The notes under the pieces: model-generated
Told to the model about the DNA's origin: nothing
Database searches by the model: none
The model's input: the letters and a program-made list of their open reading frames with translations, nothing else
Shown: piece by piece, positions 57,062 through 64,000 of the stretch
How positions within the stretch are numbered: position 1 is the first letter of the stretch
How the letters are laid out: every line of letters begins with the position of its first letter
From: an uncultured Candidatus Saccharibacteria bacterium
GTDB lineage: Bacteria; Patescibacteriota; Doudnabacteria; UBA920
Reading direction: 5' to 3'
DNA length: 64,000 nucleotides
Assembly (NCBI GenBank): GCA_964532425.1
Contig: CAZHIA010000007.1
Coordinates: 8-64,007, forward strand
Made by a program: the position numbers and the translations under genes

Positions 57062-57116
57062 AGTCTTTTATAGAGGGGAAGTGTTAAAAACCTAATAAAA
57101 CCGTCTATTTTAGGCC

Positions 57117-57145
57117 TTGACAAATTCTCGAAATAGGAGTATAAT
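57117..57145 (+). promoter_or_regulatory. Perfect consensus sigma70 promoter TTGACA, 17 nt, TATAAT.
   Basis: ccTTGACAaattctcgaaataggagTATAATattg, read directly. No protein-coding gene follows on this strand before the terminator at 57436..57459. Confidence 0.7.
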
Positions 57146-57151
57146 ATTGAT

Positions 57152-57440
57152 ACTGAAGTTGTAGTACCTTGTATTAGCACCCAGTGCCCTATTTGCAAGT
57201 CGCAAGAGCCGGTATCATCCCTCCTACTACTGGCTTGAGCATTAAGCAAAGGTTTGTAGGCGTCTGTCTGCAGCCTTTCACTTGCAAGTGGGGTTCTGGG
57301 TGGTATTTTTTTAGGAAGACAAACCCTACCGGGTTTTTCTTCCCAACCATTTCAACTTCGTCGAAATCCCATCTTTTCCGGAGAGGTTTTTCTTTGGCAC
57401 GGAGTGAATCCGATGCCAAAGAAATCTACAAGAATTAAAA
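57152..57440 (+). ncRNA. Candidate novel structured non-coding RNA (about 290 nt) transcribed from the consensus promoter to the GC hairpin terminator.
   Basis: Long-range helix CACCCAGUGCCCUAUUUGCAAGU paired with ACUUGCAAGUGGGGUUCUGGGUG. Internal hairpin GCCGGUA...UACUGGC with a CCCUCCU loop. A 5' GAAGUUG / 3' CAACUUC closing pair. No convincing ORF: the only one uses a GTG start and lacks an RBS. Not recognisable as 6S, RNase P, tmRNA or SRP RNA. Confidence 0.35.
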
Positions 57441-57459
57441 AACGCCCATGGGCGTTTTT
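57436..57459. terminator. Bidirectional terminator AAAAAACGCCCA-TGGGCGTTTTTT shared by the candidate ncRNA (+) and pth (-).
   Basis: Perfect stem ACGCCCA/TGGGCGT with an A-run before and a T-run after. Confidence 0.8.
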
Positions 57460-58010
57460 TAATTGGCAGCAATAAAATTTTTAATTTGTTCAGCTATCTT
57501 CGGAAAGATCTCCGAATTCAGCATCATGAGTTCTTCATCGGTGAACCTGCTCAGGACGAAGTCAGAAGTTTCCATCGGACTTTCTGCGGGCCGGGCTTCC
57601 ACGCCGATGCGGATGCGGTGGAAATCCTGCGTTTTAATTTCCTCGATAATACTCTTAATGCCATTATGTCCGGCAGCTGATGAGCTGTCCGTGGACCGGA
57701 TAGTGCCAAAGGGTAAGTCTTTGTCATCATGAATGACGAGCAGATCTTTGGCCAGGTCCATCTTATAGAAGTTGCAAATAACCTTCAAAGCTTGTCCTGA
57801 GTCGTTCATATACGTCTGCGGCTTCATGAGAATGATTTTTTCGTTATTGCTGCCGAGCGTATAGGTTTCTGACTTGAATTCATGGCTTGGGCGCGCCTCC
57901 ATAAAGCCATCGCCATCATTCAAGATAAAATCTATGGCTAAAAAGCCCGCGTTGTGGCGGGTGTATTTATATTTTTCCCCGGGATTACCGAGTCCGACAA
58001 TGAGTTTCAT
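57459..58010 (-). CDS. pth: Peptidyl-tRNA hydrolase.
   Basis: MKLIVGLGNPGEKYKYTRHNAGF...HNGIKSI, the classic Pth signature. Confidence 0.9.
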   Translation of the reverse strand: MKLIVGLGNPGEKYKYTRHNAGFLAIDFILNDGDGFMEARPSHEFKSETYTLGSNNEKIILMKPQTYMNDSGQALKVICNFYKMDLAKDLLVIHDDKDLPFGTIRSTDSSSAAGHNGIKSIIEEIKTQDFHRIRIGVEARPAESPMETSDFVLSRFTDEELMMLNSEIFPKIAEQIKNFIAAN

Positions 58011-58077
58011 GGGAGTATTATAGCAGTTTCAGCTCTTGCTGATAAGAGCCGACATCGAGGACTTTGGGGGCGAGTAA

Positions 58078-58147
58078 CATTTGACCTTTAACCTTTTACT
58101 TTTGGCTTACTGCAGCTGGTCAATGGTTAATTGTTAATGGTCAGGTG
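58078..58147. repeat. MITE-like palindromic element (TTTGACCTTTAACCTTTTACTTTTGG - CTTACTGCAGCTGG - TCAATGGTTAATTGTTAATGGTCAGGTG).
   Basis: Central CTGCAG. TTGAC-containing arms. Located between pth and the 58238 small ORF. Confidence 0.55.
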
Positions 58148-58237
58148 TTGCCTTCTTTGTCTCAAGAAGGCGCCTTCTGGGCACGCTTGACGGGTCGCTC
58201 TGAGGCGGGTAAGCTAAGGGCACCCAAAAAGGAGGCG

Positions 58238-58411
58238 TATGATAAGCGATGTGGAGTTCCAGCAAAGGCTGGAACGGGCTATTGCGATGGCGCAGGCTCC
58301 AATCAAGCCGTGCGGCATCTGGCGTGAAGTGGTAAAACCCATTTTTCCGCTTTTGTTGAAAGCCGGCCGCCAGTTTTTGCAAGAGAAACGGCTGTTGGGC
58401 AGTAAAGCGTG
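58238..58411 (+). CDS. Small ORF (57 aa) with a strong RBS, not present in the supplied ORF track.
   Basis: AAGGAGG 4 nt before ATGATAAGCGATGTGGAG. Ends 16 nt before the next gene's RBS. Confidence 0.4.
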
Positions 58412-58427
58412 AGCCTGGAGGATATAT

Positions 58428-58850
58428 ATGGTCACAGATCAGAGCGCGGGGATTCATAACCAGACCGGTGTCCAGGAACTATCCTGCCCAGAAGGGAAGC
58501 TTGAGTGCCGGTCAATTGTCGTGGCGGGGACGGTTTATAAGTTCGTAAAGATTCCGGAACCGATCGATGACAGCCAGTTCCTAGACATGTGTGGGAAATG
58601 CGGATGCAAACCGCTCCCGACGGATGTCTTGACGATCGATCTAGCCCGGGAGATTGAACGCGTATCAGGCTGGTGGGCAGGCAGGGTTGAACCGCATCCG
58701 GCGCGCGGGTTCGAACACTATTACCAGTTTGTCAGCTGGTGCAGCTTCATATTCCAGCTTCGTTTCTTCGAATCATACCTTGGCGGCAGTTTCGCTGCCG
58801 TGATCGATCATAAGGACTTCAGTGTCTGGCTGATGGTCGAGAGCGCATGA
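58428..58850 (+). CDS. Hypothetical Cys-rich protein (140 aa).
   Basis: GGAGGA RBS before the ATG. Motifs CPEGKLEC and CGKCGC. Confidence 0.55.
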   Translation: MVTDQSAGIHNQTGVQELSCPEGKLECRSIVVAGTVYKFVKIPEPIDDSQFLDMCGKCGCKPLPTDVLTIDLAREIERVSGWWAGRVEPHPARGFEHYYQFVSWCSFIFQLRFFESYLGGSFAAVIDHKDFSVWLMVESA

Positions 58851-58933
58851 ATTCGCCGCATCCAAAAAAGCCCGCAGACCACCGGTCTGCGGGTTTACTT
58901 TATAACTTTCAACTTTATAACTTAATAACTCGT

Positions 58934-60265
58934 TTAAGCCTTGTCCTTCCCGTGCAGCCTGAGGTTGATCGGCGTGCCCCAAAAATCCAGGTCCTTGATG
59001 ATGGAGTTTTCCACGAACTTCCGGAACTGCTGGGAAATGGCGGCCGGATGGTTGACGACCAATTCGAATAGGGGTGGGTTGGTGTCGATCTGGTGGAGTG
59101 AGAAGACTTTAGGCTTTTTTTGGTCGCGCAGGAGCTTGGGAGGGTTAATCTTCATCTTCTTGTTCAAAAACTCGCTCAAGGTCTGGTTGTCGATAGTCTT
59201 ATTGCGGCGCTCCCAGATCGGTTTGATAGCAACCAGCGCCTCTTCGATGCCTTGTCCTGTCTTGCCTGAAACGAAAAACAGGGGAGACATCCACAGGAAC
59301 GGGAAGTGCATAGAAATATAATCCTGCAGTTTTTCCCGGTCACCCTGGTATAGATCGATCTTGTTGGCAAGGATCACGATTCCTTTGTCGAGTTGGAAGG
59401 CTTCCTGTGCTACCCGCTGGTCCTGTTTAGTGATGTCTTCGATCGAGTTGATAACAAACAGACAGATGTCAGACCGCCGAATAGCCTTAAAAGTTTGGAA
59501 GCCGCCGTAAATGTCCGGCTGGGCTTGGCGGTAGCTTTTCTTCTTCAAACCTGCGGTATCGACGAAAGTAAAAGCCTGGCCGTCCAATTCCAGCCGGCTG
59601 TCAATGGCGGTGCGGGTGGTCCCCGGCACTTCCGACACCACTACCCGTTCTTCTTTTAAGATTGCGTTAAAAATACTGGATTTGCCAACGTTCGGTTTTC
59701 CAATAATGGAAACGTGGATAGAGTTAGATTCTTCTGGTTGTTCGGCGCCCAAACCAAGTTTTTTGAGTTCCTCGGTCAGATGGTCAAGCATGTCCCCGGT
59801 ACCGCGCCCATTGAGCGCTGAAATAGGAAAAATGGGCTTGAGGCCTAAGGATGCGAACTCTGCGGATTTTTCTTCCCAGCGTGCGGGCGAGTCCAACTTG
59901 TTGAGGGCGAATATGACGGGCTTTTTGGCCTTACGGAATTTTTGAAGTGTGCCTTGCTCTACGGAAAAGCGGTTCATTCGGCCGTCGACGACGAATAATA
60001 AGGCATCAGCCTCTTCCATGGCAATGTCAATCTGGCGGTTAAGGTTGACCTCAAGCTCATCCTTAGCAGCAAGGTTCAGTCCTGCCGTATCGACGAGTGT
60101 AAAGTGGGCGCCGTTCCAGGCGACATCAATATATTGCCGGTCGCGGGTCGTGCCGGCAACGGGGGAGGTGACGGCCACGGGCCGGCCGGCTATTTTGTTG
60201 AGGAGTGTCGATTTGCCGGCATTCGGCTGTCCGACAATGGCGACGATGGGAAGCTGGGTGTTCAT
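58934..60265 (-). CDS. der: Ribosome-associated GTPase Der (EngA), double GTPase.
   Basis: Two G-domains (GQPNAGKSTL, DTAG; GKPNVGKSS, DTAG, NKID) and a C-terminal KH-like domain. Confidence 0.93.
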   Translation of the reverse strand: MNTQLPIVAIVGQPNAGKSTLLNKIAGRPVAVTSPVAGTTRDRQYIDVAWNGAHFTLVDTAGLNLAAKDELEVNLNRQIDIAMEEADALLFVVDGRMNRFSVEQGTLQKFRKAKKPVIFALNKLDSPARWEEKSAEFASLGLKPIFPISALNGRGTGDMLDHLTEELKKLGLGAEQPEESNSIHVSIIGKPNVGKSSIFNAILKEERVVVSEVPGTTRTAIDSRLELDGQAFTFVDTAGLKKKSYRQAQPDIYGGFQTFKAIRRSDICLFVINSIEDITKQDQRVAQEAFQLDKGIVILANKIDLYQGDREKLQDYISMHFPFLWMSPLFFVSGKTGQGIEEALVAIKPIWERRNKTIDNQTLSEFLNKKMKINPPKLLRDQKKPKVFSLHQIDTNPPLFELVVNHPAAISQQFRKFVENSIIKDLDFWGTPINLRLHGKDKA

Positions 60266-60354
60266 ACGTTTAACAATAACAATAAAGGTAACGATAACTG
60301 TAAAAATATAATAATATTAGTGTCGGGTGATTGTAATTTTTATAGTTATGGTTA

Positions 60355-62055
60355 TTATTTCGTGGTGCTTGCCGTCCTGTTTTGCTTTGTCGTTTGCAGT
60401 TGTGCCGGCGTGGTGGTCGGTAATTTCATTAGCGTCGACGTGGCAGTGCGCGACGGGAGCGTAGAGGTCGGGAGATAGTCGGGGGTAGAGGTGGAAAGGT
60501 CGGTGTTCAGGTCGGTTTCCGGTGTGGCGGTTGCTTTGCGGGATGGTGGTGCAATGTATGGAGCCGGATCAGGTTCGACAAGAGCATCCTGGCCTAGTAT
60601 CACTATCGCGTCGACGCGGTCTTTGGAAATGTGCACGCTCGGCGGGGGCAGGGTAACTTCGCTGGCATTTAGCGTGTTGGTGATGAATTCGACCGTCGCC
60701 GGCTTTGGGTTAGCTTGATACACAATGGAATGGGGGAGATTGTCTTTGCTATAGGAAAGCTCGAATACGGTAATCCCCGCGTCGACCAGTTTGCGATAGG
60801 CGGTTTTATACGCTTGCTTATCGCCGGTCGACGAGGCCAGCCAGACCGTAGCCTGCTCCGAATTGAGCCGGCTGATGGCAAAACTATTCTTAAAGAAATT
60901 CTTAATGTCTTCCTCGCTTTTACCCGGGCAGGGGACTAATACATAGGCACCGTTGGATTCCAGAATCTCCGGGCACACCATGTTTGTTTCGGGGTCAAGG
61001 CTGAGTGAGGCGGTGGACAGGTTCTTTTCGCGCGCGATGGAATACAGGCGAAAGATCTCGCCGGGACCAAGGTTGGTATGGAAGTGGTCGGCGAATGTAT
61101 CGAGCAGGCTGTTAATTTTGCCCGCATCGGTAATCATATTCAACTGGAAGACTCTAGATTTGAAAGCTTCTATGATCTTTTGCTGCCGCTGACCGCGGGC
61201 GAAGTCTGACCCTTCTGGCCCGGCGGCATGCCGCGACCGGGAAAAGATGAGGGCGCGCGAACCATTCATATGCTCGTCGCCTTCCTTAAAGGTTACTGGC
61301 GGCAGATAGCCGTTTGTCGCGTCGTTGGGGTAGCTGTAGTCCGTGAATGTGCGGTCTATGTGCACATCGACACCTCCCACTTGGTCAATAGCTTTCTCAA
61401 ATCCATTGAAGTCGATGACCGCGAAGTACGGTACCGACAATCCGGACATTTTTTCTACGGATTGCCGGGCCCATTGCCCGGCTGTGTTGTAGTCATGGGA
61501 TTTGGAATAGCCTTGGGCAAAAGCGGCATTGATCTTTTGCTGTCCGAAGCCGTCAGGCAGGTCTGTCAAATAATCGCGGGGAATATGGGTCAAGGTGATC
61601 TGTCCAAGGTCAGGGCGGATTTGAGCCAGGATGATGGTGTCGGTGAGGTATGGTCCATCATGACCTTCGCCGCCGATGCCAAGCAGGAGAATGTTCACCT
61701 GCCCCAGATCCTCGCCTTGGAGCTGAGTTTGGCCGGAAGACCCGCGGATAATTTCTCCGATCTTATGGATAAAGCTGGTCTTTTGACCGACGAAAATTTT
61801 ATTGGAAAGGTTGATTGCCCGCGCCGCTACATACACGCCTGCTGCTAACAAGCATAAAAAAATAAGCGCAAGGATGGTTTTAAATATCTTGCGCGGCTTC
61901 TTGGCCGTAGTCGTGCCGAGCAGGTCGACTTTGGCGGGGGAGAGGCCGGTGCTGACTGTCACCCGGGGGCCGTGCAGGGAAGGCTTTTGGCCAGACTCAA
62001 TGGAATCGAAATTTTTCATGCGTATTTCCTGGTGCGTCCGCAGCGGTAGCGTCAA
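60355..62055 (-). CDS. LytR-CpsA-Psr (LCP) family cell-envelope phosphotransferase with a C-terminal Thr/Pro-rich extension.
   Basis: N-terminal TM helix. LCP core (NILLLGIGGEGHDGPYLTDTIILAQI...THIPRDY...). The true start may be the internal MKNFDS. Confidence 0.8.
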   Translation of the reverse strand: MTLPLRTHQEIRMKNFDSIESGQKPSLHGPRVTVSTGLSPAKVDLLGTTTAKKPRKIFKTILALIFLCLLAAGVYVAARAINLSNKIFVGQKTSFIHKIGEIIRGSSGQTQLQGEDLGQVNILLLGIGGEGHDGPYLTDTIILAQIRPDLGQITLTHIPRDYLTDLPDGFGQQKINAAFAQGYSKSHDYNTAGQWARQSVEKMSGLSVPYFAVIDFNGFEKAIDQVGGVDVHIDRTFTDYSYPNDATNGYLPPVTFKEGDEHMNGSRALIFSRSRHAAGPEGSDFARGQRQQKIIEAFKSRVFQLNMITDAGKINSLLDTFADHFHTNLGPGEIFRLYSIAREKNLSTASLSLDPETNMVCPEILESNGAYVLVPCPGKSEEDIKNFFKNSFAISRLNSEQATVWLASSTGDKQAYKTAYRKLVDAGITVFELSYSKDNLPHSIVYQANPKPATVEFITNTLNASEVTLPPPSVHISKDRVDAIVILGQDALVEPDPAPYIAPPSRKATATPETDLNTDLSTSTPDYLPTSTLPSRTATSTLMKLPTTTPAQLQTTKQNRTASTTK

Positions 62056-62196
62056 TTCTTAAAGGCTGCATGGTACAAGCAAGTCGCGTTTATTATACCG
62101 TAAATCGAAGGTTTGTGGTAGTGTGTTTTGATTAAGAGGAGGTATTGGGTAAATGCGTAATTTGTTGCTGTCATAGATCGTTATAAAGTAGTTATC

Positions 62197-62270
62197 TCGC
62201 GGATACGCGGATAACGCTAAAGCCGCAAATACCTATTCCAGCGCATTCCGCGTTATCCGCGTATCCGCGA
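62197..62270. repeat. Inverted repeat with 21-bp perfect arms TCGCGGATACGCGGATAACGC...GCGTTATCCGCGTATCCGCGA separated by 32 nt.
   Basis: Exact arms read from the sequence. Related CGGATACGC motifs occur at 41322..41347 and 43835..43900. Confidence 0.8.
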
Positions 62271-62397
62271 AAGAACTAGCATAAATCGAGAAAGGGTCGA
62301 GAGCTTGTCAACCAGTTGCATAACGTTCAAAGGAGTGATATAGTTTACCCAGCGCTGTGTGAAAATTTTCGTCGACGGCGCATGCTTACGCAAACTT

Positions 62398-62419
62398 GGA
62401 CCTGTAGCTCAGTTGGTTA
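62398..62419 (+). other. tRNA 5'-fragment 1 (GGACCTGTAGCTCAGTTGGTTA, 22 nt) with no matching tRNA body.
   Basis: Identical to the first 22 nt of the fragment at 62538. It is followed by unrelated hairpins rather than D-stem closure or an anticodon arm. Confidence 0.5.
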
Positions 62420-62537
62420 TCCGCCAAAAGGCCGCAGGCCATTTAGGCGGACCCGCAACAATGTTCGCCTTCGGCGAACTTTGGGCGGGGAGCACGCCGT
62501 TTCACCCCGCACCTTTTGTTTACTTTTATTTGAGGAC

Positions 62538-62586
62538 CTGTAGCTCAGTTGGTTAGAGCGTTCGACCTGCCTGCCGGCAGGCAGGT
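62538..62586 (+). pseudogene. tRNA 5'-fragment 2 (27 nt through the D-arm) fused to a 22-nt REP-like palindrome ACCTGCCTGCCGGCAGGCAGGT. No anticodon or T arm follows.
   Basis: GGACCTGTAGCTCAGTTGGTTAGAGCG, then the palindrome (also present at 28900..28919), then the flank of tRNA-Val. Confidence 0.5.
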
Positions 62587-62611
62587 TCACACCCGCCCCG
62601 TCACCTATGCT

Positions 62612-62688
62612 TGGACAATTAGCTCAGCTGGTTAGAGCGCGCCGTTCACATCGGCGAGGTCACTGGTTCGAATCCAGTATTGTCCACC
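62612..62688 (+). tRNA. tRNA-Val (anticodon CAC), with encoded CCA.
   Basis: GGACAATTAGCTCAGCTGGTTAGAGCGCGCCGTTCACATCGGCGAGGTCACTGGTTCGAATCCAGTATTGTCCACCA. Canonical arms, anticodon loop TTCACAT. Flanked by a perfect 13-bp inverted repeat CCCCGTCACCTAT / ATAGGTGACGGGG. Confidence 0.88.
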
Positions 62689-62760
62689 ATAGGTGACGGG
62701 GTGAAAAAGGTCAGAGGTTCGCCAGGTCATCCGACCTGGCGTCCGGTCGAATGACCGGAC

Positions 62761-62781
62761 GAATCCAGTATTGTCCACCAC
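62761..62781 (+). repeat. 21-nt direct duplicate of the tRNA-Val 3' end (CGAATCCAGTATTGTCCACCA); att-site-like scar.
   Basis: Exact copy of 62668..62688, 72 nt downstream, preceded by a GTCCGGTC-GAAT-GACCGGAC hairpin. Confidence 0.7.
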
Positions 62782-63118
62782 TTCTTCGCCAAAGCTACGA
62801 AGTGCAAGCACTCACTTGCTATGTACGTTGGCGGTGAAGCGGGGTTTCAAAATATAGTTGCGAAGAAGTGTACTGCGAAGCTTTATGCGGAGCAGTGCAG
62901 TGCAATCTTTGTGTTAAGGCCTTATGCCGAAGTAAAACCTGTAACTCAGACCGTGTTCCTCTTGCAATATTTTGGTGCCTGTGGTAAACCCAGGCACCAA
63001 AGCGGAAACTACGAGGACTGAATTGCTGAAGTGGGCCATAATCAAGAATTTAAATCTGTACTCTTGCAATATTTTGGTGCCTGGGTAAAATGAACTTACA
63101 CTAATATATTTTCATTCT

Positions 63119-63721
63119 ATGGAGACGGGTGGAAACAAAAATCATGAGCAGCAGCCAAGCACGATGAGTGAGATAGGGTCTTTTTTCTGGGACCTGTTCA
63201 AGATTTTTTTGGTTGCTCTCGTTATTATTATCCCATTCCGCATTTTTGTAGCCGAGCCGTTCGTGGTATCCGGTTCCTCCATGGTGCCTAACTTCCACAA
63301 CCGCGATTATTTGATCGTTGACCGCCTTAGTTACCGGAGCCACGCCCCGCAGCGGGGAGATGTGGTGGTGCTGAAATACCCAAAGGATACGAGCCAGTAT
63401 TTCATTAAGCGCATTATCGGGCTGCCGGGTGAGACAGTACAGTTCGAGGGCGGACATGTCGTGATCATAAATAGCAGCCATCCGCAAGGCTGGATTTTGA
63501 ATGAACCGTACTTGCAGAGCCAGGTAGAGACGATCGGACGCCGCGACCCGCTGACATTGCGGGAAGGTGAATATTACGTTTTGGGAGATAATCGCACGGC
63601 AAGTTCCGATTCTCGCGTCTGGGGAGTGTTGCCGGCTGATGATATTGTGGGAAGAGCCTGGCTGAGAGTATTCCCGGTCGGCAGTTTTTCCGTTGTAAAA
63701 ACACCAACATACAATCAATAA
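63119..63721 (+). CDS. lepB: Signal peptidase I (LepB).
   Basis: TM helix, then the SGSSMVP catalytic Ser box, the GDVVVLKYP/KRIIGLPGE Lys box, and GDNRTASSDSRVWG. Confidence 0.85.
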   Translation: METGGNKNHEQQPSTMSEIGSFFWDLFKIFLVALVIIIPFRIFVAEPFVVSGSSMVPNFHNRDYLIVDRLSYRSHAPQRGDVVVLKYPKDTSQYFIKRIIGLPGETVQFEGGHVVIINSSHPQGWILNEPYLQSQVETIGRRDPLTLREGEYYVLGDNRTASSDSRVWGVLPADDIVGRAWLRVFPVGSFSVVKTPTYNQ

Positions 63722-63816
63722 TTTAAAAGATTGACATGATTGGTCAGGATTGACAAGATTGCCAGTCCTCATTCATGTTCAATCATTTAATTCTTTTAAA
63801 TCTTGTCAATCTAACT

Positions 63817-64000
63817 ATGGGCAGACCCAAAAAGAATCCGACGGCTGCAGCCGTGCCTCCGAAGAAGATATTAAGCCTGGACGGTTTAAACGATGTTTTG
63901 TCAGAAACTGATGTGCTGTGGGATGCAATCCTACGGCGTTTGACGAAGGTTTCCCGCACCTACGGATTCTTTCGCGTGGAAACGCCGTTAGTCGAGGATG
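63817..64000 (+). CDS. 5' end of a class II aminoacyl-tRNA synthetase gene, HisRS-like (truncated by the window end), with a short basic N-terminal extension.
   Basis: LDGLNDVLSETDVLWDAILRRLTKVSRTYGFFRVETPLVED aligns with the HisRS N-terminus (IRGMNDYLP...W..IE..L..V...YGYSEIRLPIVE). Confidence 0.45.
   Translation, partial: MGRPKKNPTAAAVPPKKILSLDGLNDVLSETDVLWDAILRRLTKVSRTYGFFRVETPLVED

Noticed and set aside
57184-57438. 84-aa ORF (MPYLQVARAG...) inside the candidate ncRNA region
   Set aside because: It begins at GTG with no upstream Shine-Dalgarno sequence. Its composition looks like a translated structured RNA (runs of F and G from U/G-rich stems). The promoter-to-terminator unit is better explained as non-coding.
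57152-57440. Assigning the candidate ncRNA to 6S, RNase P, tmRNA or SRP RNA
   Set aside because: None of the conserved cores I can recall is present: the RNase P CR-I/CR-IV motifs, the tmRNA tRNA-like ends and tag ORF, or the SRP domain IV GGAAGCAGCC core. The 6S consensus is too loose to call by eye. It was left as an unclassified RNA.
62398-62600. The two GGACCTGTAGCTCAGTTGGTTA-initiated sequences read as complete tRNA genes
   Set aside because: After the D-arm, neither has an anticodon stem-loop or T-arm; the first lacks even the D-stem closure. No 3' strand complementary to GGACCTG (CAGGTCC) follows. They were treated as fragments.

Overview
This window is a bacterial chromosomal segment at roughly 55% GC with scattered AT-rich inserts. 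It has the gene content of a small-genome Gram-positive-type or candidate-phyla-like organism; that placement is inference only. Housekeeping genes: uvrA, the CIRCE-hrcA-grpE-dnaK-dnaJ heat-shock cluster (interrupted by three inserted genes), msrB, topA, dprA, pth, der/engA, lepB, a truncated hisS-like gene at the window end, tRNA-Lys(UUU) and tRNA-Val(CAC). Envelope and surface genes: a YqiJ/NfeD-like plus flotillin (SPFH) pair, an LPXTG-anchored surface protein, a sortase homolog whose catalytic Cys is replaced by Ser, a 2016-aa surface protein with duplicated HYR-like modules, a type IV pilin-like protein, an LCP (LytR-CpsA-Psr) protein, a CapA-like protein, and a four-gene MacAB/FtsX-type efflux operon. 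The intergenic space is unusually rich in dispersed repeat families: (i) a MITE-like palindromic element with a central CTGCAG and TTGAC-heptad arms (5 full copies plus an in-frame half copy inside topA); (ii) GC-rich REP-like palindromes of the TGTAGGGGCGG and GTAGTGCAGGCC types; (iii) a twice-occurring structured element closed by GTAGCGTGCC...GGCACGCTAC; (iv) CGGATACGCGGATA-type inverted repeats. The strongest candidates for something new are: a roughly 300-nt non-coding transcript with a textbook sigma70 promoter and terminator between dprA and pth; a gene encoding a membrane, winged-helix and Cas2-like protein bracketed by two perfect 42-nt hairpins in inverted orientation; a tandem pair of paralogous single-pass membrane proteins; the Ser-sortase/LPXTG locus; and tRNA debris (duplicated 5' and 3' tRNA fragments around tRNA-Val) that suggests past integrase activity. 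No CRISPR array, rRNA, transposase or integrase gene was recognised. All calls come from reading the sequence and ORF translations by eye; no database searches were run.
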